Source of the DNA: Patescibacteria group bacterium
Lineage (GTDB): Bacteria > Patescibacteriota > Patescibacteriia > JAQUQO01
Assembly: GCA_028716045.1 (NCBI GenBank)
Contig: JAQUQO010000001.1
Coordinates: forward strand, 798,343-862,342
DNA: 64,000 bases
Direction: 5' to 3'
In this document: piece by piece, positions 9,717 through 17,822 of the stretch
How positions within the stretch are numbered: position 1 is the stretch's first letter
Layout: each line of letters opens with the position of its first letter
The notes under the pieces: generated by a model
Database searches by the model: none
The model's input: the letters and a program-made list of their open reading frames with translations, nothing else
What the model was told of the DNA's origin: nothing
Program-made: the position numbers and the translations under genes

Positions 9717-10051
9717 AACAGGCGTAACTTAGCGAGAGCTTGCTCCAGTTCCGTTTTCAACTCCTGATAATTTTTTTCTAAAATTCCCTCGCGGGCCAGC
9801 ACCGCGCAGTCATAGCTGGTTTTAATAGATTTTATGTTAAGGCGGATAATTTCCCGAAGCTGTCTTTTCAAATAATTGCGTTTAGTCGCTTTTTTGCTTA
9901 TTTTTACGGGGACAATAAAGCCGAAGCGGGAAATCGCGAGATGATTGGGCGCGCATTTAACCCCCAAAGTTTGCAAATAACAACCCCGCCCTTTTTTGAA
10001 AACAGCGTCAAAATCTCTGGTTTTGGTTAAACGATGATTTTTTGGCAACAT
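9713..10051 (-). CDS. rnpA: Ribonuclease P protein component
   Basis: [14 protein letters not shown] and [14 protein letters not shown] (RNR motif); start taken at ATG 10051. Confidence 0.93.
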   Translation of the reverse strand: MLPKNHRLTKTRDFDAVFKKGRGCYLQTLGVKCAPNHLAISRFGFIVPVKISKKATKRNYLKRQLREIIRLNIKSIKTSYDCAVLAREGILEKNYQELKTELEQALAKLRLL

Positions 10052-10113
10052 ATAACGCAAAACGAAGCGTTTTTTAATTATACCTCTTCGTTTTGTTATC
10101 TAAAAATGAGTTT

Positions 10114-10254
10114 TTAGACGGTTAATTTTTTTCTTCCCTTGGCTCGGCGGGACTTTAAAACCTTGCGTCCGCCCCTGGTTTTCATTCTCCTTCTAAACCC
10201 ATGGGTTTTCTGTCTTTTCCTCTTTTTTGGCTGGTAAGTTCTTTTAGTAGACAT
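10114..10254 (-). CDS. rpmH: 50S ribosomal protein L34 (not in the ORF track)
   Basis: Manual translation [46 protein letters not shown]. Confidence 0.97.
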   Translation of the reverse strand: MSTKRTYQPKKRKRQKTHGFRRRMKTRGGRKVLKSRRAKGRKKLTV

Positions 10255-10511
10255 ACATCCTTGATTAATTTTAACTTTTCTATTATAATAGCAGCGATTT
10301 TAACTTCAGTCAAGTTTGGTGCTTTCCTTCGTTTTGGGGTCAGAGTAACACGGTGTTATCGCAAAAGTAGTTTTAAACATGTAATGCACAGATTATGAAC
10401 ATTTTTTGGCTTGACCCTCGTGGTGGACAATATTTTTGAAATGGTGTATAATACGGGAATTCTTATAGCGTGATTTTCTCAAAAAAATTTAAATTTTCTA
10501 AAATACCAGAT

Positions 10512-11870
10512 ATGCAAAACGATCAACTTTGGCAAGCCGTTTTAGGAGAGTTAGAGCTACAACTTTCCAAAGCAAATTTTACCACGTGGTTTCGCGGGAC
10601 TTTTATTTCTTCTCGCGAAGAAAGTAAGGTCATAGTCGGCGTGCCTAATGCTTTTACTAAAAGTTGGTTGGAAAAAAAATATCACGAATCCATTTTAAAA
10701 GCTTTACAGAGTTTAACCGAAAGACAAATCAGGGAAATATTTTTTAAGGTAGAAACGAAAAAATTAAGCGAGCCGGAAGCGACAAACTTAATCAGGGACA
10801 TAAAAAAAATAGAACAGGAAGAAACGGAACCAGCCCTTTCTTCTTTTGGTCTTAACAATCGCTACACATTTGATAAGTTTATTGTCGGTAAGGGCAATGA
10901 ACTGGCTTATGCCGCCTGCAAAGCAGTAGCCCAAACTCCGGGGAAGACCTATAATCCGCTTTTTATTTACGGCGGAGTCGGTTTAGGTAAGACCCATCTT
11001 TTACAGGCCGTGGGGCACGCTTTGGCCCAATGCCAAAATTGTAAAATAATGTATGTCACCTCCGAAAAGTTTACCAATGAATATATCCAAGCGGTAAAAA
11101 ATGGCCGGGGCAAAGAGTTTAAGGATGCCTATCGCAACGTGGATTTGCTTTTGATTGATGATATCCAGTTTATTGCCGGGAAAGAGGGGACACAAGAAGA
11201 ATTTTTTCATACCTTTAATCATTTACACCAATCAAATAAGCAGATTGTTTTAACTTCAGATCGTCCGCCTAAAGCCATTCCGGCGCTGGAGAAAAGATTG
11301 TTGTCCCGTTTTGAATGGGGGATGATTGCGGACGTGTCCGCTCCCGACTTGGAAACAAGAATTGCTATTTTGGAAGCGAAACTAAAAGAAAAAAATTATG
11401 CCTTGGAAAGAGAGATTGTTTCTTTTATCGCCAGCCATGTGCAGAATAACATCAGGGAGTTAGAAGGAGCCCTAAATCGTATTATGGCTTTTAATCAATT
11501 TAATAATACGCCGATTAATTTGGAGAATGTAAAAAATATTTTAAGCACCATCAGCCGACCCGCCAGCGGTGGACGCGCCAATATCACTCCCAAGACGCTT
11601 ATTAAAACCGTGGCGGAATTTTACGATTTAGCCATTGAGGAGCTTATTGGGAAAAGCCGCGAAAAAAGATTAGCCTATCCCCGCCAGATTATTATGTATT
11701 TAATGCGCGAAGAAGTTCAAAGTTCTTACCCGGCCATTGGTCAGGAGTTGGGGGGCAGGGACCATACCACGGCTATGCATGCTTATCATAAAATTATAGG
11801 CGAAATAGAAAATTGCGAAAAAACCAAGCAGGAAATCAGCGCTATCAAAGAACGGCTTTATAATTGTTAA
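10512..11870 (+). CDS. dnaA: Chromosomal replication initiator
   Basis: YNPLFIYGGVGLGKTHL, LLIDDIQF, RELEGAL and GGRDHTT motifs; ATG 10512 preferred over GTG 10470. Confidence 0.98.
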   Translation: MQNDQLWQAVLGELELQLSKANFTTWFRGTFISSREESKVIVGVPNAFTKSWLEKKYHESILKALQSLTERQIREIFFKVETKKLSEPEATNLIRDIKKIEQEETEPALSSFGLNNRYTFDKFIVGKGNELAYAACKAVAQTPGKTYNPLFIYGGVGLGKTHLLQAVGHALAQCQNCKIMYVTSEKFTNEYIQAVKNGRGKEFKDAYRNVDLLLIDDIQFIAGKEGTQEEFFHTFNHLHQSNKQIVLTSDRPPKAIPALEKRLLSRFEWGMIADVSAPDLETRIAILEAKLKEKNYALEREIVSFIASHVQNNIRELEGALNRIMAFNQFNNTPINLENVKNILSTISRPASGGRANITPKTLIKTVAEFYDLAIEELIGKSREKRLAYPRQIIMYLMREEVQSSYPAIGQELGGRDHTTAMHAYHKIIGEIENCEKTKQEISAIKERLYNC

Positions 11871-11887
11871 ATCATAATAACTTTTAT

Positions 11888-13015
11888 ATGAAACTCTCCT
11901 GTACTCAAGAAAATTTAAATCAAGGTTTATTTGTGGTTGGGCATATCGCCAGTAAAAATACCAATTTGCCGATTCTCGGCAATGTCCTCATCGAGGCCAA
12001 AGAAGGAGGGGTAAAATTACGAGCGACAAATCTGGAAATCGGCGTGAGTTGTATTATCCGCGGCAAAGTTGATGAAGAGGGTGAGTTTACGGTGCAGTCA
12101 AAAGTTTTTTCTGATTATATCGCCCTTCTGCCTAAGGAGAAAGTTGATTTGACGCTTGAAGACCAAGAGTTAATTGTGAGTTGTGATAATTACCATACTA
12201 AAATTAAGGGCGTACCGGCCGTGGATTTCCCCCTGATTCCTCAAATAGATAAAAAAAACCCGATTATTTGCGGCGTCAGAGAGTTGAAAGAGGCCTTGGC
12301 CCAGGTTGGTTTTGCTGTTTCTTTAAGCAATACCAGGCCGGAAATCGGCGGCATCTTTTTTAAAGTCAACGACAGCCAGCTTATTTTAGCCGCTACCGAC
12401 AGCTATCGGCTGGCGGAAAAGAAAATAAAATTAAAGCAGGGATTAAATACCGAAAATAGCGTTATTATCCCCTCTAAAACCATTCAGGAACTGTCGCGCA
12501 TTTTGGGAGGGTTGAAAAAGGAGGGAGAGGAAGAAAGTGAAGATAATGTGGAAATTTATTTTGGAGAGAATCAAATTTTATTTGTTTATAATGGCGTGGA
12601 AATAATTTCCCGTTTAATTGAAGGCCAGTACCCGGATTATAACCAGATTGTGCCGAAAGATTTTAAAACAGAGTGTTTTGTCGGAGTAGCGGATGTTGCT
12701 AATGCCGTAAAGACCGCTAGTTTGTTTGCTCGTTCGGGAATTTATGATGTTACGCTAAATTTTAATCCAGCAGATGACAATGTGGAGGTGAGCGCCGTAA
12801 ATAATCAGCTTGGCGAAAATAAAGCCAAAGTGGTGGCTAAAATTACCGGCGCGGATAATAAAATAGTTTTGAATTATCGTTATCTTTTAGATGGGCTAAA
12901 TAATTTAGGCAAAGAGGAGGCCAAGATGGAATTAATTGATGCAGACAATCCCTGTATTATTCGTCCAGCCAATACCGAGGGGTATCTTTACATTGTTATG
13001 CCCATTAAACAGTAA
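11888..13015 (+). CDS. dnaN: DNA polymerase III beta clamp
   Basis: ATNLEI, ATDSYRLA, SRLIEGQYPDY and YIVMP motifs. Confidence 0.97.
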   Translation: MKLSCTQENLNQGLFVVGHIASKNTNLPILGNVLIEAKEGGVKLRATNLEIGVSCIIRGKVDEEGEFTVQSKVFSDYIALLPKEKVDLTLEDQELIVSCDNYHTKIKGVPAVDFPLIPQIDKKNPIICGVRELKEALAQVGFAVSLSNTRPEIGGIFFKVNDSQLILAATDSYRLAEKKIKLKQGLNTENSVIIPSKTIQELSRILGGLKKEGEEESEDNVEIYFGENQILFVYNGVEIISRLIEGQYPDYNQIVPKDFKTECFVGVADVANAVKTASLFARSGIYDVTLNFNPADDNVEVSAVNNQLGENKAKVVAKITGADNKIVLNYRYLLDGLNNLGKEEAKMELIDADNPCIIRPANTEGYLYIVMPIKQ

Positions 13016-13038
13016 GACATATTTAAACATACAAACAG

Positions 13039-13078
13039 AAAACCGTCCCCCGCATTGGCGGCATTAGGACGGTTTTTT
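13039..13078. terminator. Bidirectional intrinsic terminator between dnaN and the PBP gene
   Basis: AAAACCGTCC...GGACGGTTTT between convergent genes. Confidence 0.7.
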
Positions 13079-13088
13079 GTTTGAGCTG

Positions 13089-16016
13089 TTACTGGATGGT
13101 TACATTTATATATTCACTTTGATATTTATTATCCAGTTCGTCAGTGACTTCCATATAAAGTTTGTATTTTCCGGCGGCTGGCGGTTTCACCCAGTGGGCT
13201 TCCAGTATTTCGGAGGCGGGTCTGATAAGAGAATCAATGCGTTGCGGGTTGCCGTTGGCATCTTCATAATAAAAATCAACCTTGGCGACGTTGGCCAGAA
13301 GCGAGAGCTCGGCCGAGAGGGTTAGAGGGAAGCTGGAGGCGTAAAAAGTAGAATTATCTTTCGGCCCGATCCAGTTGATGGTTATCGCTTCAGTCGGCAA
13401 ATTAAAATTAAGGGTGATTTCCGCCGAATTGTTATTATCTACGTCGTCATAAGCCACGGCCTTAATGGTATGAAAGCCGTTACTCACATTTTTCAGGTGG
13501 TAATTAAGAGTAAAGGGGAGAGAATAAACTTTTGTCATTAATTTATTATCTATAAAATATTCCACCCGTCTCATCCCGCGCGGCGCCGAGGTCTGAACTG
13601 TTATAACAATATCTCTCGTACTGACGGTTTCGTTAATATTATGCGAAGTGATGTTAATTACCGGCTGATAGCGGGGCAGATGAACGTCATCATATTCCGT
13701 CGGCGGAGGTTGAGTGATAAATCCTTGCGCCGCCGCCCATTTTTGCACGGCCTCTTCCCAATTTTGGTATTGCGGGTCATCAGCCGGATTGTCCGGCGGC
13801 GGACCCAGCGGGTCGTCTTTGCGGATATAATAAAGCAGGCAGTGCGCCTCCTGAAAGATTTTTTCTTCAATCTGACTTGGCGGCGTGTATTCAGTTGCCA
13901 ATTTGCCGCTGGCCTTATCTATGTTGACCTTAATTTGCCCGAAATTTTCTCCGTCCAGAACTGCCTTGCCAGTTTTGGGTATTTCCGGGTCGTTAAATTT
14001 TTTGACTTCTGTTCCCATCAGCGTTTTTTTCATGTAGGCCTGCCAAATGGGAGCGGCGATTACCGACCCGTCGGCTCCGCGTTTCATTTCCTTATTATTA
14101 TTGTTGCCTACCCAGACGCCGGTGGCGAGATCCGGAGTGTAACCAACTGTCCAGGCATCATGATAGTCGTTAGTCGTTCCGGTTTTAGCGGCCACCGGAC
14201 GGTCTTCCAAATGGAGAAGGTTTTCTGCGCCGAAAATAAAAGTTCGGGCGTTATTGTCAGAAAGAATACTGGTAATTTCTTGGGCGATATTTTTATCTAA
14301 AACATCACGTGATTTTTTGCTAAATTCTTCAAGTATTTTCCCGGTTCGGTCTTCTACTTTAAGAATGGCCGAAGGTTCAAAATAAACACCCTCGTTGGCA
14401 AAGACGGCGTAGGCCGCGGTGTGTTCCAGCAACCTTACTTCCCCGCCGCCGAGTACTAAGGAAAGGCCGAAGCGGCTGCGGTCTTTCAGCGTGGTATAGC
14501 CCATTTTTTCCGCTAAATCCAGAACCTTATCAATGCCGGCCAAGTAAATTGTTTTGACTGCCGGGATATTGAGTGACCCTGCCAGAGCTTGTCTGATAGT
14601 GACGGGCCCGTGTTCTTTAAGGTCATAGTTTTTTGGTTCGTAATCTTTGATTTCTGTTTTAAAAACGGTATTAACGTCATAAAGAACCGTGTTGGGGGTG
14701 TATCCTTTTTCAAAGGCCGCGGCGTAAACTATGGGTTTAAAAGATGACCCGGGCTGGCGCGGGCTTAAGGTGACGTTCACCTGTCCATCGTGTTCATTGT
14801 CAAAATAATCCCGCGAACCAACCATGGCTAAAATTTGTCCGGTAGGGGCGTCCAAAGAAACAAGCGCCGCGTTGTTGCCCCCATACTGCTCTATTTTTTT
14901 AATACCATTAGTTACCGCTTCCTCAGCGTTTTTTTGTTTATCCCAATCAAGTGTAGTGTAAACTTTAAGTCCGCCTTCGGCCACCGATTTTTCCCCATAT
15001 TTATCTGTTAGTAATTCTTTAACATACATCACAAAATGCGGGGCGGTAATATTTTCCGCCTTGTTTTTGAAAGTTATTTTTTCTTCTTTGGCCTTGGCCG
15101 CTTCTTTCTCTTCAAGATGTCCGTATTTTACCATCAAATCAAGAATATATTTTTGGCGGGAGAAAAGTTCATCGGTATGATTGCCGTGAGGAGAAAGATA
15201 TGTCGGGCGTTGAGGCAGTGCGGCTAATAGCGCGGCTTCGGCTAAAGTTAAATCCTTGGCATCTTTGCCGAAAAAATTTTGCGCGGCCGACTGAATACCA
15301 TAAACCGTGGAACCGTAGGGGATTTCATTAAAATACATTTGCAGAATTTCGTCTTTGGAAAACTTTTTTTCTATTTGATAAGCGAGAATCAATTCTTTGA
15401 TTTTTCGGGTGTAAGTTTTTTCGTTGGTGAGTATGGCATTTTTGATAAATTGTTGGGTGATAGTGGAACCGCCCGCCTTTTTATCAAAAAGAATGTTGCT
15501 GACAGTGGTTCGAAAAATCGCCCACAAACTAAAACCGCCGTGTTTATAAAAATTTTTATCTTCAATGTCAATTGTCGCCCACTTAACATATTCCGGCAGT
15601 TCGTTTAATTTAATTACTGTTCTTTTGGCATCGCCATGAATTTCGTAAAGTAGATGTTCTCCGGTCCGGTCATAAATCTTAGTGCTTTGAGCTAAACTGC
15701 GCTCTATTATTTTGTTAGGGTCGGGCAGGTCTTTATTAAACCAAGCGAGTACTCCTACGAAAAAGACGCTTCCCACCAGAATACCTAAAACAATAACAGA
15801 AACAGCCCCTTTCCAAAAGTTATTCCAAAGATTTTTTCGAGGAGAAAATCCTGCGGCCTTGCTTCGCAGAATTTCCCGCATTTTTTTAAACAAAATAATC
15901 CCCAGCGGTTTATTGCGAGGCAGGGGTTTGAGATGAGTACGGTTCGGCTTCTTAAATCTCTCATAAGAGGGCCTTTTCCAGCTTTTAGGGGACTGAATAT
16001 GATGCGGTAGAGCCAT
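13089..16016 (-). CDS. Class A penicillin-binding protein (PBP1A family) with C-terminal Ig-like domains
   Basis: Transglycosylase motifs EDKNFY, GGSTITQQ and RKIKE; transpeptidase motifs SSFK, SLN and KTG. Confidence 0.93.
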   Translation of the reverse strand: MALPHHIQSPKSWKRPSYERFKKPNRTHLKPLPRNKPLGIILFKKMREILRSKAAGFSPRKNLWNNFWKGAVSVIVLGILVGSVFFVGVLAWFNKDLPDPNKIIERSLAQSTKIYDRTGEHLLYEIHGDAKRTVIKLNELPEYVKWATIDIEDKNFYKHGGFSLWAIFRTTVSNILFDKKAGGSTITQQFIKNAILTNEKTYTRKIKELILAYQIEKKFSKDEILQMYFNEIPYGSTVYGIQSAAQNFFGKDAKDLTLAEAALLAALPQRPTYLSPHGNHTDELFSRQKYILDLMVKYGHLEEKEAAKAKEEKITFKNKAENITAPHFVMYVKELLTDKYGEKSVAEGGLKVYTTLDWDKQKNAEEAVTNGIKKIEQYGGNNAALVSLDAPTGQILAMVGSRDYFDNEHDGQVNVTLSPRQPGSSFKPIVYAAAFEKGYTPNTVLYDVNTVFKTEIKDYEPKNYDLKEHGPVTIRQALAGSLNIPAVKTIYLAGIDKVLDLAEKMGYTTLKDRSRFGLSLVLGGGEVRLLEHTAAYAVFANEGVYFEPSAILKVEDRTGKILEEFSKKSRDVLDKNIAQEITSILSDNNARTFIFGAENLLHLEDRPVAAKTGTTNDYHDAWTVGYTPDLATGVWVGNNNNKEMKRGADGSVIAAPIWQAYMKKTLMGTEVKKFNDPEIPKTGKAVLDGENFGQIKVNIDKASGKLATEYTPPSQIEEKIFQEAHCLLYYIRKDDPLGPPPDNPADDPQYQNWEEAVQKWAAAQGFITQPPPTEYDDVHLPRYQPVINITSHNINETVSTRDIVITVQTSAPRGMRRVEYFIDNKLMTKVYSLPFTLNYHLKNVSNGFHTIKAVAYDDVDNNNSAEITLNFNLPTEAITINWIGPKDNSTFYASSFPLTLSAELSLLANVAKVDFYYEDANGNPQRIDSLIRPASEILEAHWVKPPAAGKYKLYMEVTDELDNKYQSEYINVTIQ

Positions 16017-16146
16017 AAAATTAGAGGATTTCTTTTATTATACAAAATAATTGCCATTTAGGCGAGGTCTTGACAAAATCATCAAAATATGCTATAATTT
16101 TTGGTATCCCGTTTTAGTTTAATGGGATTTTTTATTTATAAAAAAT

Positions 16147-16689
16147 ATGAAAAGAAATTTATATTTATTCAAAAAATGGCTGAAATTAGACAAAAAACCT
16201 TTGCTTTTATTGGCGATTTTTATTATGGAATTTTTATTTCCGCAAGTTTCCGTTGCCAAGGATTTAGAAAGATTTGAAGAGCAATCGTTAGCTGAAAGGG
16301 CGGCTGTTTTAGAATGGCCCATCTGCGAGGAAAAGAAAGATTGCGAGGAACGGGAATTTTTATCTCCAGACAAAGAGCTAAAAAAACCAAAAAAAGTTTT
16401 TTATGTTGTGGTTACTGCCTATACCAGCACGCCGGACCAGACCGATAGCACTCCCTGTGTTACCGCTTCCGGGCTGAATGTTTGCGCTCGCGACAAGGAA
16501 AATGTTGTGGCTGCCAATTTTTTGCGTTTTGGCACTAAGGTTAAGATACCCGAAGTTTTTGGTGAGCAGGTTTTTCATGTTGAAGATAGAATGAATCCTC
16601 GCTATACCTATCGCGTAGATGTTTGGATGAAAAGCCGCGAGGCGGCCGAGGAGTTTGGCGTTAAAAAAGTAAAAGTAGAGGTTTATTAA
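16147..16689 (+). CDS. 3D-domain (lytic transglycosylase-like) protein
   Basis: VTAY..TASG..VAAN..FGTKV..VEDR..RVDVW; N-terminal signal/TM. Confidence 0.85.
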   Translation: MKRNLYLFKKWLKLDKKPLLLLAIFIMEFLFPQVSVAKDLERFEEQSLAERAAVLEWPICEEKKDCEEREFLSPDKELKKPKKVFYVVVTAYTSTPDQTDSTPCVTASGLNVCARDKENVVAANFLRFGTKVKIPEVFGEQVFHVEDRMNPRYTYRVDVWMKSREAAEEFGVKKVKVEVY

Positions 16690-16760
16690 AAGTTGATAAA
16701 ATCAGGCAATTTGATATACTAGAGGCAAGCTGGCTGTTTGCCTCTTTGTTTTTCTGATAA

Positions 16761-16810
16761 ATTTTGGCCACGTAGTCCCGAGTGCTCGGGATAAGGCAGG
16801 AGTCAGTCTC
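16761..16810 (+). pseudogene. Truncated tRNA-Cys 5' duplicate interrupted by a palindrome
   Basis: ATTTTGGCCACGTAG [TCCCGAGTGCTCGGGA] TAAGGCAGGAGTC versus the intact ATTTTGGCCACGTAG CCAAGCGG TAAGGCAGGAGTC. Confidence 0.75.
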
Positions 16811-16872
16811 CCCTTGAGAGATTTCCTAATAGGACAAAATTTCCAATAAAAATTTAGCACTTTAAATATTTT

Positions 16873-16944
16873 GGCCACGTAGCCAAGCGGTAAGGCAGGA
16901 GTCTGCAAAACTCCCATTCGCCGGTTCAATCCCGGCCGTGGCCT
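16873..16944 (+). tRNA. tRNA-Cys(GCA)
   Basis: Acceptor GGCCACG/CGTGGCC, anticodon loop CTGCAAA, T-loop TTCAATC, discriminator U; CCA not encoded. Confidence 0.95.
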
Positions 16945-16999
16945 CAAAGAAAAAATCCCGTCCTTATATTAAGAACGGGATTTTAGTTTTAAAAAAGTT

Positions 17000-17353
17000 T
17001 TAGGCAGTGAGAAGGGTGATAACCAAATCTTTTATGATTTTAGCGACTATTTTGATTATTGCCTTTTTCAGTTCTTCCTTGGCTTTTTCTTCAACAAGCT
17101 TTGTTTTGAGTATGGCCAGAATGGCTATGTGGTCCAGCGCGGTGTTGCGTTGAATTACGAGAAGACGTTTTTTTGATTCGTTCTTTTCCTTGGCTAGCCG
17201 TTTTTCAATTTTCGCGATGTCTTTAACTCTTAGCGCCAGTATCTCATCTTCTTTTTTGGTCCAAACAACCCCGCCAAGTTTTTTAGTTAAAGCTTTTTTG
17301 ATTTCCGTCCGAACTGTTTCCAAAAATTCTTCGCCGGGGGGTTTATTGCTCAT
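17000..17353 (-). CDS. Hypothetical basic helical protein
   Basis: 117 aa ORF overlapping the upstream lipoprotein gene; hairpin terminator downstream. Confidence 0.6.
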   Translation of the reverse strand: MSNKPPGEEFLETVRTEIKKALTKKLGGVVWTKKEDEILALRVKDIAKIEKRLAKEKNESKKRLLVIQRNTALDHIAILAILKTKLVEEKAKEELKKAIIKIVAKIIKDLVITLLTA

Positions 17354-17696
17354 GGCATCCCCCTTTCTTTCTTATTTTTTCTAACCATTCATCGCATTCA
17401 ATAATGCGCTCTGTCTCATCTGCGGCGAAAGCACATTTACACGATTGGGAAGGATTCCCCAGCGTAGAGAGTTTTTTCTCTATGTCCCAGTTACATTCGT
17501 GTGTTGCCACATACATCAGCACTCCGCTTTTTTCGTTGGAGTTGTTGGCGTATTTGTCTGCCACTAACTCGGCGCAAAGCAGCAGAGTATTGTGACACCA
17601 CAAGGTATCGGCCTTCAGATATGCCTCTGAAACTCCAGTCGCGCAGCCGCCAAGCAAAATAGCGGATAAAAGGACTAGGAATATAAGGTTTTTCAT
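17343..17696 (-). CDS. Hypothetical Cys-rich lipoprotein
   Basis: Lipobox-like LLGGC after a hydrophobic signal; SD and CTTGACA promoter upstream. Confidence 0.7.
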   Translation of the reverse strand: MKNLIFLVLLSAILLGGCATGVSEAYLKADTLWCHNTLLLCAELVADKYANNSNEKSGVLMYVATHECNWDIEKKLSTLGNPSQSCKCAFAADETERIIECDEWLEKIRKKGGCHEQ

Positions 17697-17822
17697 TTTT
17701 TACCCTTTCTTTCGTTTATCGTTATAGTTATCAAGGAACATTATATAATGACATTTTTGTTTATTTTTGTCAAGTTTTTCATCTTGTTTTTATCGGCTAA
17801 AAATGGTATTCTTTAATAAAAT

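Noticed and set aside
10255-10511. oriC between rpmH and dnaA
   Set aside because: Only two or three weak boxes (TAATGCACA, TTATGAACA, TTGTCCACC) and no clear unwinding element; more likely dnaA autoregulation, though a bipartite origin is not excluded
13641-14300. 219-aa plus-strand ORF and other long antisense ORFs
   Set aside because: Fully antisense to well-supported genes and without recognisable motifs
16702-16947. 81-aa minus-strand ORF (likewise 43034..43237)
   Set aside because: Antisense translations of tRNA genes
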